From positions 372,001 through 436,000 of the forward strand of contig NC_079239.1 in NCBI RefSeq assembly GCF_027921745.1: a stretch of 64,000 nt of DNA, written 5' to 3'. Origin of the DNA: Schizosaccharomyces osmophilus (lineage: Eukaryota). Of this stretch, positions 1-10,678 are shown in pieces. The position numbers and the translations under genes are program-made. The stretch's first letter is position 1; each line of letters starts with the position of its first letter. Below the pieces are notes generated by a model. The model did no database searches. It saw nothing but the letters and a program-made list of their open reading frames with translations, and was not told the origin of the DNA.

Positions 1-616
1 ATTGAGAAACTATATGCTTTCAAGTGCAGAGTATAATGCAACCAACAAGAGTATGCCGATGTTTATGGAAACTTCGCAATCGGCGGGTTTGAGTCAATTG
101 AATGACAAGGAGAATAGACAAATTCGAAGAAAATCAACAGATGCCAGTTCTCTAAAGCATTTCACGTCAGGCGCTAGAAAATCGGTGCCATCGTATTCCG
201 ATGTGGAAACCATTTCTCCTACAACCTTAAACGATAAGAGCGCGACACTTCGTTCAAGCAAATTCAGTGGACTTTCGAATGGCAGTTCGAGATCAACAGC
301 GCAAACGTATTCGGTTTTGCTGGATTCTGCAGATTGGGAGCAAACGTCGCTTTGGGAGAAGAGTAGTCTGAAAGGGAATTCAGATGCTCAAGTGACGAAA
401 CGGTCTTTAAAAAGTTTCAAAGGTGAGGAGGCGGACGAGAAGGGGGAGAATGATTCTAAACCGGACCTTGGTTTACGAAAGTCTTCAATTTTGTCTTCCA
501 ACATCCTCGAACATGATTTCCCGGATTTCGGTGTCACATCCCTTGCAGATACATTGGGTGTTCCTGGCTTGCCTACAAGGTCCGATTCGCATGTAACATC
601 TCAAACCATTTCTTAA
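1..616 (+). CDS. pit1: 3' end of a gene running in from the left edge; Ser-rich low-complexity C-terminus, probably the meiotic Ser/Thr kinase Pit1
   Basis: Open frame from the window edge to TAA at 614-616. No kinase domain is visible in the window; the name rests only on remembered S. pombe synteny (SPAC3C7.06c next to mug191). Confidence 0.5.
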   Translation, partial: LRNYMLSSAEYNATNKSMPMFMETSQSAGLSQLNDKENRQIRRKSTDASSLKHFTSGARKSVPSYSDVETISPTTLNDKSATLRSSKFSGLSNGSSRSTAQTYSVLLDSADWEQTSLWEKSSLKGNSDAQVTKRSLKSFKGEEADEKGENDSKPDLGLRKSSILSSNILEHDFPDFGVTSLADTLGVPGLPTRSDSHVTSQTIS

Positions 617-763
617 TTGCATGCCAGGAGCAGTTTAATTTTTTATTTTTTATTTTTTTATTTTTTATTCTTTTGTCTCTGTTTTTTGGTTTTTTGTTTG
701 CGCTTACATTTTTGGAAAGGAGATTTTGTGTATCGTTCTGTTCTATCTGAACGATGCGTTTTA

Positions 764-798
764 ATCTAATCTATTCTATTCTAATCTATTCTATTCTA
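764..798. repeat. Pentanucleotide microsatellite (WTCTA)7
   Basis: ATCTA ATCTA TTCTA TTCTA ATCTA TTCTA TTCTA read directly. Confidence 0.8.
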
Positions 799-960
799 CC
801 GACTTGTATTGTTTCTTTTGGCTTGACAAATCCAACAGCGCGGTTTTCATTAAGAGGATATCTCCATTGTTTTGGGTATTTACTACTTTCTTTTTTCTTA
901 CACCAAAGGCTTGATTGTTTATGCTTTCACATTCTTCTCATGGATGGATTGGTGTCGCTT

Positions 961-971
961 GGATTCGAACC
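961..971 (-). promoter_or_regulatory. Perfect RNA Pol III B-box (GGTTCGAATCC) with no complete tRNA around it
   Basis: Plus strand ggattcgaacc is the reverse complement of GGTTCGAATCC; followed on the minus strand by AAGCGACACCA. Confidence 0.5.
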
Positions 972-1744
972 CCAGGCATCAACAGACAATTCCTTTCACT
1001 CTCTTGCTCTTACCCATTCCCTCTCGTTATCCTTTGATAACGAATCTTAATAACTCTTTTTTAATAAACAATAAAATTGGCATATTGTTATTTTTAGCAC
1101 ACACAAAAATAAATAAACAAACAAACAATAGTCATAGTTAGCCGCGTAAAAGAACCTCTCTATATGGACCCTTCTAGTGCTTCCTACAAAACCCAAACAG
1201 AAGCTGTGGCTGCCATTTTAATTTTCGGCGAACCTTAATCCTTTAAGCGACGAATGAAAGGAAGTTGATGTCGTTTGAACTGATCATGCTCTCATACCTT
1301 ACTGGGTATCTTCGAATACCACGTCATTTAGGTTTGGCATTTCGTCAGTCATCTTTGTTATTTATATAAGCGGGGATCTCCGCCTTGTCACAATCCTGAT
1401 CGTTGCGAGCGCTGAACCTTTGGAGACTTGCATCTATCTCCAGTTTTTAAAGTTTACTGTTTATCGTTTGTGTGTGTGCTAAAAGTATATTTTCTTTAAG
1501 CGGTTGTTTAAATTACAGACTGTTTGGAGGATAGTTTACGATTTACGACTTGTGCGACAATTGCTTTTACGATTTGTTTGACGTTGTGTCGTTGTGTTAA
1601 TAATTATCTATTGGTCTTTATTTTCTAGTTTCCTGGTTTCCTTTTTTCAAAACCACAATATTCACGATTCAAAACCCTGGATTTTCCTCTTCTCTACCTG
1701 CAGACCGACAACCAACGATTACGTTTGATCGATTTACTTCAAAA

Positions 1745-3079
1745 ATGACTGGCGATAAATATTTGGACGGTGGTTTGGCGGCCCTGCAAAAATGCTATAA
1801 ATCCTTCTTTGACAAGCTTTCCGACAAGATGGGAAGCGCTGAAAATGTGTCTGGGACATACGACGATGGTGGTAGTCATATTTACTTAGTTTGGTCGGTT
1901 GCCGTGTATGCCGAGGCAATGGCAGATTCTCTCAAGTTTACAAACAAGTATGAAAAGAAATTTGAAAATGTGTTTCAATGTTTAAAGAAATACTGGTCTC
2001 CAGAGTACAATGCATGTTGCGCTAGTTACTATTTCCAAGGAAATAGTGATGTCTACTTTGACGATAATGCCCAAGTAGCCATTGCTCTCGCCACCGCCGG
2101 GTACTATACTTCGAATAGCTCTCGGAAAAAGCAATACATCGACAGAGCCGAAGCCATTATTGCCTTCATCATCAACAAAGGTTGGAACCAGCAAAAGGGC
2201 GGTGTCGCTTGGCACGTCAATTCTGGTAGTCCTCCTCATGCCAATTTAAACGCTTGTTCCACTGCCATGTCCTCTCTCGGCGCTTTGCGACTTGCTTATG
2301 CCGTAGATGACCCAAAGAAAAAACAGCAGCTTGTTAGTTTCGCTTGGAACTGTGTCCAGTGGATTGAGGATAATCTGGTCGATAACACGGGTCTCGTTTG
2401 TGATGGTCTTAACTTGAACGACGGCAATTGGGGTCTTGACTCGACCAAGTTTACTTACAACACCGGTGCTACTTTGGCTACTATGGCTTTGCTCCTCGGA
2501 TTCAATGACATTATCAAGGGCCTTCCCAATATTGACAAGATCCATTCTTACTTGGAAAACATGGCATCCGCCGCTCTTAACACAAGTGGTGATATGTATG
2601 ATCAATCCTGCAAGACCGATTTTAAGGTTTGGAAAGATAATACTTTTTTTGCCCAACACCTTTCTGAGGGTTTAATGGGTTTTTCTTTTGCCATGCCTAA
2701 TTCTTCTCTCGCCAAGCCTGCTCAGCAAATGGTTTTCGAACAAGCAGACTTTGTCATGAACTATGTTCGCGATTCTAAGGACGGTCTCTATTTCCGTGAT
2801 TTGAATATATATAAAATTAGCCCAGACTTGACAAATACTTTTAACAAAATCTTCCATGCTAATCAGCAGTTTCAACCTGACAAGGACGAACGAGAACAAG
2901 GAAATGGCCCCGTTGAAAAACTACCCCTCTGTAAGTCTTTGATTGGAAGCTCTGGTGCTGTTCGAATGCTCTTTCCCGCTGCTGAAATTATAGTCCGTAA
3001 AGATAATCCTCAGAGTGGTCCTATTTTAGGAGGAAGACCTGCGAGTGGCCAGAAAAACAAGGGCTGTTTTATATGCTAA
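1745..3079 (+). CDS. mug191: Glycoside hydrolase family 76 (alpha-1,6-mannanase-like), Mug191 orthologue
   Basis: GH76 motifs YFDDNAQ, GGVAW, NACST, FTYNTG; 444-aa single ORF; synteny with S. pombe SPAC3C7.05c. Confidence 0.8.
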   Translation: MTGDKYLDGGLAALQKCYKSFFDKLSDKMGSAENVSGTYDDGGSHIYLVWSVAVYAEAMADSLKFTNKYEKKFENVFQCLKKYWSPEYNACCASYYFQGNSDVYFDDNAQVAIALATAGYYTSNSSRKKQYIDRAEAIIAFIINKGWNQQKGGVAWHVNSGSPPHANLNACSTAMSSLGALRLAYAVDDPKKKQQLVSFAWNCVQWIEDNLVDNTGLVCDGLNLNDGNWGLDSTKFTYNTGATLATMALLLGFNDIIKGLPNIDKIHSYLENMASAALNTSGDMYDQSCKTDFKVWKDNTFFAQHLSEGLMGFSFAMPNSSLAKPAQQMVFEQADFVMNYVRDSKDGLYFRDLNIYKISPDLTNTFNKIFHANQQFQPDKDEREQGNGPVEKLPLCKSLIGSSGAVRMLFPAAEIIVRKDNPQSGPILGGRPASGQKNKGCFIC

Positions 3080-3286
3080 TTTCATGACTTCCACTTTGCA
3101 TCCTTCACCTCTAAATACCTCTCTACCTTAATTGTGATGAATTTAATGAACGACATACTTATAACCCGAGCCACTTTATTTTACGATCTGCAAAGACCTA
3201 AACTATTACTTAATAAAGCTTAACAATTAATATATTATTTCCTTCTATCATATTTTAGAATAACTTTCCGTGAGCTTCATTTAGTT

Positions 3287-5528
3287 TCATAAGTATGGTG
3301 TAGTACGACTTCGACTTGGTTTGTAATACGGACGCCTACTGTCGGTTCCCCTTTGAAAGTGATGGTTCCTTGATTCGACATTCACATTATTCATTTTCAT
3401 GCCGTGATTGTGAGAGTTGTTGTTCACCGAGCTTAAGCCAGGACGACCTAAAAAGATTTCTTTTAGAACCTCGGAATCGTTGAAGCCCTTTGACATAATG
3501 GATGCTTCGTCCATATCCTAAAGTTGTTAACACAAAATCTACTTGCTGCTTCTTCTTACCTGGTAACATTGAGCTGCTTGAGTTGCTGCTATTTGCATAG
3601 CTGAACCCTTTTTGATGTGATGTCCAACACCGCGGACAACTCCGTCACAATGAACTTCAGATATCCAAATAACCTTGTTCGTCTCTCTGATTGTAATATG
3701 TATATATAGAAGTGTGATATATCGCGGTGTGCTTTCCTTGCAACTAACGGTTGAAGCCGGTAAGCCAGACAAAGGTCCCCTTGAGTCCAATGGCTCTATT
3801 CTCCTATTTGTAAGTTTCCGATATCGGCTTTCGACTATATGCCAGGTCTTTTCATCGTCTCTAAATGATGAAACGTTCGCCAAATAACGTAATATATAAG
3901 GCTCAACTTTGCTGGTGCTTCGAAAACTAGTGGGTGTATCAGAACCAGAACTATAGGAGCTCGCAGGGCTTAAGGAACTCTCTTCAACGTCGTTCTGTAA
4001 TTTATAATATCGTCTATTTTTTTCAGCTAAAATCTTGTTTTTGTTTGCGACGCGTTCTTCATTTTCCGTTCTTTCGTGCCCAAATTTAGCTAATTGATGA
4101 CAATGGTCGACTAAACTGTTGCAAATGCTGCTTAGCTTATGCGCGCTCGCAGATGATTTTTCTGTAATTTCATCAAGCATAACATCTGCTGAATCCAGCA
4201 ATTGGTTGATTTGTTGGTGCTTTCCACCAATTGAGTCTCCTTGAGTCTTCAATTGATACAGGATTAGATTGATTTCGTTAGGTCGTAACTTTGCTGGGAG
4301 GAGATTTTCATTGGAATTTTCATCATTGCTTTGAGTTGAAATTGATGCGTGTTTGTCAGTTAAGTTTAAGTTTGTTAAACGTTCTTTAATTTTTAAATAG
4401 GACATGTAGATTTTACTGTCATGGTCATTATACTTCAAGTTTTGTTTCAAAAGATTGAGCCGTTCCCTCTTCAGTCGGTTTTGAAGTTTTAGCAAAAGTC
4501 TTGTACCAATATCATCGCCTAAATAGAGCGAACATATATCTCTTAGGTGAAGACACGTTTCCTCCTAAATGAGCGTGTTAAAATCGTGTCGTCAAAAGTA
4601 ATGAGCTTACATGCTGGGACACTAAGCTTAGCTTGTCTTTTTCCAAGATAGCGGCGCTTCTTTTCTTCTTTGCCTGCAATTTATTAGCCTTATTTCTTTC
4701 CTTGAATACACATACCAAAGTTAGCTCTAGCTCTTTGAGATGTGTTTCCTCATTCTCTTTTTCAGAAATCACGTCTTGATGTTCAAGCCTAAGGCTTTGC
4801 TAAGTTTTTGAGTTAATAAAGAGGACTCTATAAAAATTTACTTACAAGCTCTCTTTGAAACTTCCGTATACGCCCTTCCGATACTTCATTAAGACTTAAT
4901 CTTTCTTGTTCCAGAGAATGCTAAAAATGTTAGTATAACAGTACCTCTTTGTTATTGCCTACAATATTATCCTTTAGTTGGTTATACAGTTCATTCTTCT
5001 GGAAAGCATTACTTCCTGCTAATTTAGCGGGTACATTATGTAAGGACGAATCAGGCTGGTCCTAAAATGGATTAGTTCAGTACTGTTATCCTGACTTACC
5101 TCTTCTTTGTTTTTTAAGTCCAATTGGAAACGGGATAGCTCTTTCGTCGTTAATGATGGTCCGCCCATGGAGGTCATAGTGTTCCCCAGAAAAGAATTGA
5201 TGGCATTGCTATTTACGGCGGTATCGTTCCCTTTGGAATTCTGATTTCTCCATTCTTCAAAGCAATCCCAAAGTCGTTTTTGTTGTTCTAGTAACGCATT
5301 AAGCATAAGTTTGCTTTCCTTGGAATCATCCGGTTTGTTCTCAGTTAATTTTTCCTTGGAGTCTGGATTTTCAGTCTTGAAACGTTTGCTTGAGTTTTCA
5401 TCTCCAGTCGTTCTATCTGTAACGCTGATGTGTTTTCGATTTGGTGTTAGCTGCTCATCGCTCAATACATTTCCAAGTCCTGGGATTTTTTGGAAGTCCT
5501 CAGACCAAGGCCATTTTTTTAAAGACAT
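3287..5528 (-). CDS. Uncharacterised 7-exon protein (about 661 aa): coiled-coil segments plus a C-terminal dsRBD-like motif
   Basis: Exons 5528-5100, 5061-4963, 4920-4846, 4799-4716, 4673-4611, 4564-3560, 3517-3287. They are joined by six 38-46 nt GT..AG introns with CTAAT/CTAAC/TTAAC branch sites and splice into one uninterrupted frame that unites four ORF-track fragments. Confidence 0.85.
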
Positions 5529-5613
5529 CTCATAAAATTTAAGAAATTTGAGCCAGAAGGATGGGATTACTGGGTTATTTGCATTCAATTAGAGTTATGC
5601 TAAAGGCTTGTTG

Positions 5614-5623
5614 GTTTGTTTAC
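5614..5623 (-). promoter_or_regulatory. FLEX (Mei4/forkhead) element GTAAACAAAC upstream of the uncharacterised gene
   Basis: About 90 nt upstream of ATG 5528; a second GTAAATA lies at 5726-5732. Confidence 0.55.
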
Positions 5624-5903
5624 ATATGCTTCAACATAAACAAATATGTTTAACAAAGTTTAACGAGCGCTTAATACTACTTAATATTCTAGGCCTTAAT
5701 CAATAGATTTACATGTTTTTGTATAGTAAATAAACAAAGGCATCGTTCCTATTACTCGTTACAATCAGAAAGGGCTAAAAGTATAGAAGATGATTCAAAT
5801 GCTCTGGAAACCAGTGATTCACTCATAAAATGAAAGAAGATAGATATTACAATATACAAACATTAATCAAAACATATCACTACCAAACTAAAAAGAACGA
5901 GAA

Positions 5904-8327
5904 TCAAGGACAGACATAATCTAACCACGAAGGATGCATATTTCCCAACCAGCTACCCTCGATATCCATTCCTTGGTCGGCATTGGCCCAGCTCAACAAA
6001 GAAGAATCATTGGCAAGATCAGGCGTAGTTTTGTTTGTATCCCACGCAGCGCCAACCTTTTTAATATATTCATCCAAGTCATTAGCATCCAACGAAAAAG
6101 AATTATCATCAGGAAGAGAAAACCAACTCATGTCTGCATGCATGGGAGTTGATCCAGGGGTTAAAGATGCACTAGACTGTTTGGTTGATACACTCGGTGT
6201 ATAACTACCAGCAAAACTTGTCGGAGTAGATTTATCGTTTTTAGAGGCGACTTCGGCTATCCAGCGTTGCCAAGCCATAAATCCTGATTGACTAGAATTA
6301 TTCCCAGCTGAACGTATACCCTTCAAATGTGTATCGAACAGACGTATGATTTTAGCACAATTCTTTGCTGGTTCATTGCCCTCTGCCATGTAATCAAGAG
6401 CTGCGTATGCGTATTCCATAGCAATGTCGTCTTCCTGGCAAGGCTCCGTTACACAATGTAATAGAACAACGAGAGCACTCGAAAATGTATAATTATAATC
6501 AAAAAAGGAATAGCAAGATAGCTGAGAGTGCTGTTGGAGTAAATGTACAAGAGATATTAAATGCCTAGCTGCAAGAATGCAATCCTCATTGATACGATTT
6601 ACTCTGGGTGAGTTTTTGGCATTCTTCATTTTATGCAGCAAGACAGGGCGAGACATGATTATTATAGCTTGGTCATATGTCATGTGAAGATGAACGTTAG
6701 CACGGAATAAAGGATGGTTTGGATCTAAGTTTTCGAGGATTTGAAAAGGAGGCAAGGATTGTTTCCACTCGTTCAGATCAGCTCGCAAAGATTCAATAAT
6801 AGTAATCGGATTTTTCTTGTAATTCACAGTCCCATACAGCTCTTCCATGGTCTTTCCCATAATCTGAGCAATTTTTGACATGGATATAATGTTATGAACA
6901 TTAGAAGCTGAACCTTCAATTTCAAGCTCTGGGACTACAGTTGGTAAAGCAGCATCGCATTCGCCGTCCGCAATTGAAAGAGGACGTCCAGTGGCAATGC
7001 TAATCAGACGATCCATTGTATAAACTGACCACCATAAACGGTTGCGGAGTTCTTTTGTTTTAGGATCAATGTCTGGATTTTCGCAACTTCGATGTAGACC
7101 ATTGGCGACGGCTGCTGTAAGGGCAAGACCGAAATAAGTATAGGAGCTTTTTTGGGATAGTGTTGATTGAAGATATAAGCCTATTAATAAAGAAACTTGA
7201 ACAAGACTAGGTTTACATTGCTGTATAACTTGAGGGAGTAAAAGGCGAGCGGTATCAAAAAACTGCTTTCCAGGATTGTCAAGTAAGGTGCTTGCAGATT
7301 GGACTTCAAGGTGAGCAAATTGACTTCCCAATGCAAAAATCATCATAACTAAACTAAGAAATCCAGGGTCAACTGAAGGATTATTTTGATAATTTATAAT
7401 AATATTCAGTCGGTAGCGTAAAAGTGTCTCATGATAGAAAAAGAAATTTGCCTGAACATGTCTATAAAATGCTTTAATTAAGAAGTCGGCAACTTCGGAG
7501 GGAGGCAAAAGGCTTAGGCCTTGATTAACTGCGTTCACATCATGTTCATTAGGGGAATAGACAGGATGGGAATATGAATAAGTACTCAAGTCAGAAAAGG
7601 AGGGATCGGCAAGGATTTCGCTTTGAACCGAATCAACGAAAGCTTCACCTGCCGAGGCACCAATATAACGAGATTCTCCGTTTTCAACTTTGATCTTTCC
7701 AATGAGTCTCATAATCTCGTCCACATTTTGGTCGTTAGAGTCACCATTTGAAGCAGTGCTGTCATATTCTTCCTGATAATGGTGCTCGGTGTTATCATTC
7801 CATTGACGAGTTTCTGGAATTAGCACAGGTTCTGTGTTGTTTTGTTGTTTATTGGTATCAGGAATGGCAGCAGCGGGATGTAAGAAATCATAATTAGTCG
7901 AGAAAGGAGAGGTTGCAGTAACATTTGAAAATATTTCATTTGGAAGAATCGGATCCGGTCGTTTGCTAAGAGAAGTGGATAAATTCACCAAAGAATCAGT
8001 CGAATACTGAGAGATCTTTGCACCACAAAGTCGTTCCATCATGTATTCAAGACACTGATACCTCTTTGAGAGATTCGTAAAATATTCTCGTTTCATTTCA
8101 GCACCTCGTTCTTCTCGCATTGGATATACGCATTGTAAGTCGTTTAAAGCGCATGCTTTGCAAGGATTGCCGCCTTCACAGCGAACTTTTTTCGTTTTAC
8201 AATTTAAACAGGCTACTCCGATGCGACGTCTTCGTTCGTTCGGCACGCGTCGACGACGATTATGCTCTTCATTTTTTATTGCCTCAAAGAATGCGGTCGT
8301 AGTTTTATGTGAAAAATCATTGTTCAT
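5904..8327 (-). CDS. Zn(II)2Cys6 fungal transcription factor with Fungal_trans domain (SPAC3C7.04-like, Thi1 paralogue)
   Basis: ACLNCKTKKVRCEGGNPCKACALNDLQCVY zinc cluster; ELRNRLWWSVYTMDRLISIATGRP middle homology region; 807 aa. Confidence 0.93.
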   Translation of the reverse strand: MNNDFSHKTTTAFFEAIKNEEHNRRRRVPNERRRRIGVACLNCKTKKVRCEGGNPCKACALNDLQCVYPMREERGAEMKREYFTNLSKRYQCLEYMMERLCGAKISQYSTDSLVNLSTSLSKRPDPILPNEIFSNVTATSPFSTNYDFLHPAAAIPDTNKQQNNTEPVLIPETRQWNDNTEHHYQEEYDSTASNGDSNDQNVDEIMRLIGKIKVENGESRYIGASAGEAFVDSVQSEILADPSFSDLSTYSYSHPVYSPNEHDVNAVNQGLSLLPPSEVADFLIKAFYRHVQANFFFYHETLLRYRLNIIINYQNNPSVDPGFLSLVMMIFALGSQFAHLEVQSASTLLDNPGKQFFDTARLLLPQVIQQCKPSLVQVSLLIGLYLQSTLSQKSSYTYFGLALTAAVANGLHRSCENPDIDPKTKELRNRLWWSVYTMDRLISIATGRPLSIADGECDAALPTVVPELEIEGSASNVHNIISMSKIAQIMGKTMEELYGTVNYKKNPITIIESLRADLNEWKQSLPPFQILENLDPNHPLFRANVHLHMTYDQAIIIMSRPVLLHKMKNAKNSPRVNRINEDCILAARHLISLVHLLQQHSQLSCYSFFDYNYTFSSALVVLLHCVTEPCQEDDIAMEYAYAALDYMAEGNEPAKNCAKIIRLFDTHLKGIRSAGNNSSQSGFMAWQRWIAEVASKNDKSTPTSFAGSYTPSVSTKQSSASLTPGSTPMHADMSWFSLPDDNSFSLDANDLDEYIKKVGAAWDTNKTTPDLANDSSLLSWANADQGMDIEGSWLGNMHPSWLDYVCP

Positions 8328-8926
8328 TTTTCCCTTTATAAGCAGTACTTGTATTAACCTTTAGTCTTCAAGAATCATACCAAACGTAATAAAAATGGTA
8401 TTTAATTCTGGGTTGAAGGATATTGGATTGGTCTTGGTAGAAATTTACCACACCGTGCATTGTAGAAGTACTTCAGTACAGTTAAACAATAAACAAAAAT
8501 GAATAAAAATTGAATTTGATTAAAATTTTGATACTTACAATTTTATTGTATTTTAAACCATGGAACTATGATAGAGCTACATGCATTTTTGTAAGAAAAT
8601 CCAAGTACGAAAACCCTCAGGAAATAGACGTAAAATAATGAAAAATGTTAAAACTTTTGAAGCGTATTCTTTTGTTTTGATGAAAAACAAAGCAAGTTCA
8701 CCTTTTAGCGTGGTGCTGAATTGGGATTGCTGGCTGATTTTAAGAGCACGCCCTATAAGTTCTCTTCAGCAATAGTTTACGTGTATACAGCTTTGAAAAT
8801 ACTGCTTTATGATTTATTTATAAATCCTAAGTAGTGTGCATAAAGTCCTTATTGTAGTGATATTTCGCGCGGAGTCTCTTTATACTACCAAGTGCCCTTC
8901 ATCGTTTACTTTGTGTTTTCCTATGA

Positions 8927-10060
8927 ATGATATCTAGTCAACGTACGTGAAATAACAAGAAAAAAAATGAATAACTTTCTATTCAGTTAAATTCACTCTA
9001 ATAATCAACTACTAATGTAAGATCAGACCGTCTAAGTACGCAACCTGCAATTCGCGCGTACGAAGCGTTTTCCGCTCCTGGTTTTAGCTTTAATTCAAAG
9101 CTATTAAACGAAGCTTTCGGTGGCACTGGGTTGAAGCGAGGATTTGTGTCTGAAATATGCGGTGCTCCTGGCATGGGTAAAACGAGCCTTTCTTTAGTTC
9201 TCACCGCAAATGCACTGCTTTCAGGAACCAAAGTCCTTTGGATAGAGACGTGTCATCCTATCCCATTGTCCCGTTTGCGATATATGTTGCAAAGTCAAGT
9301 CCCATCGTCTCAGGAGGAAGACAATTTTAGTACGTTGGACGAGTACTTGCAACTCTTAGATGTTTATTATGCTCCTTCTTTGGCAAACTTGTTGGTATAT
9401 TTGAAAACTTTCGATGATGATTTGAAACAAGATGATATCGGTTTAATCATTATCGACAACTTGTCTATGCCTATTCAATTGGCCTTTCCTACGTGCCCAG
9501 ATGACTATGCATATTTGAGGCAGCGTCGAAGTACCAGCTCACGGAAGACCTCAATGGAATCTTTGGGCAAGGAGAATATGGATTCCGGCCTTGAAAAAGA
9601 AGTTGCTTCCAAAGAACTGATTGATCCCTTCCCCAGTTCCCAAACAAATCTCAACAAACGAAAACGTGTTGTTGGAGATATCAATTCTATGCTAAGTAGA
9701 ATTTCGGCCGCATACCAAATAGCTATACTTGTCACTACCCAAATGACCTCGAAAGTGGTGTCCGGTATGGGTGCAAAACTTATCCCATTTTTAAGCACTA
9801 ATTGGCTTGATAAGGTGTCTTCTCGCTTAGTTCTGTATTGTCGGCATCCTATGGAAAATGACAAGTTCGATGGCAATTTTGAATCGAATATCAGTCATCA
9901 GTCACTACGTTATGCTTACATGGCAAAACAATTGCCAGGCACCTCTATTGATTCTGAACTTTTATTCTATGTTACAGAGAATGGGTTAATGGATTGTCGG
10001 AGCTTACCAATAAACAGCTCGCAACGCAGGAAACGTAGCTTAATGGAGACAGACTTATGA
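8927..10060 (+). CDS. rad55: Rad51 paralogue Rad55 (RecA family); intron 8943-9026
   Basis: Walker A GAPGMGKT, Walker B LIIIDN; the spliced N-terminus MISSQHRLSTQPAIRAYEAF matches Rad55. Confidence 0.92.
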
Positions 10061-10678
10061 TGACTGAATGCCTTCATATGCACTTGTACACTGCTGGTCT
10101 TTTCCCCGTAATAATGTGCTAAAATCGCTTATTATAGTAACAGTGACTTATATTATTTTTTGAACCTCGGACAAAGCACTTGAAATACTCTGGTCATTCT
10201 TTACACAGTTGTGATTTCATCATTTTGTAATATCTTCTTAAGAGAAAAAAATCACAGATTGTCATTTTTATATAATTATGAAAGAAGGGATTTGTAACTA
10301 GCTGAAAGATAATGACTTCAGACGAAGTATTAGTCCTCTTAATGCTACTGATCAAGGCACGAAGTGACTCATCGAAGGATGACAGCACATTTTCGAAATG
10401 AATACAGTGTTTAAATGATGACGTCTATGAAGCCTTTAAGTAATTAAAATATCCCCAAGGATCTCCTAAAATTCTAACCGGTCATCGTCTGATTTAGTTC
10501 CTTATAAGAAGAACTCGCGGTTGTTGACACAAAGATAGTGCTATTAACCAACTGATTTGAATTTACTAATTATGTAAGTAACTCTTATAGCTTTCAAAAG
10601 ATACTTATATTAACTTCGGATTTCCAGTGTGCATTACATTTGAATCAATTAGCGGTTTAGTGATCAATCATTATCAAG

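Noticed and set aside
754..1141. Two overlapping short ORFs (98 and 89 aa)
   Set aside because: They run through a microsatellite and AT-rich 3' flank, have low-complexity hydrophobic composition and show no motifs.
3688..3749. Possible extra GTTAGT..CAG intron in exon 6 of the orphan gene
   Set aside because: It is 62 nt with no branch consensus, and splicing it gives an early stop; the unspliced frame is open.
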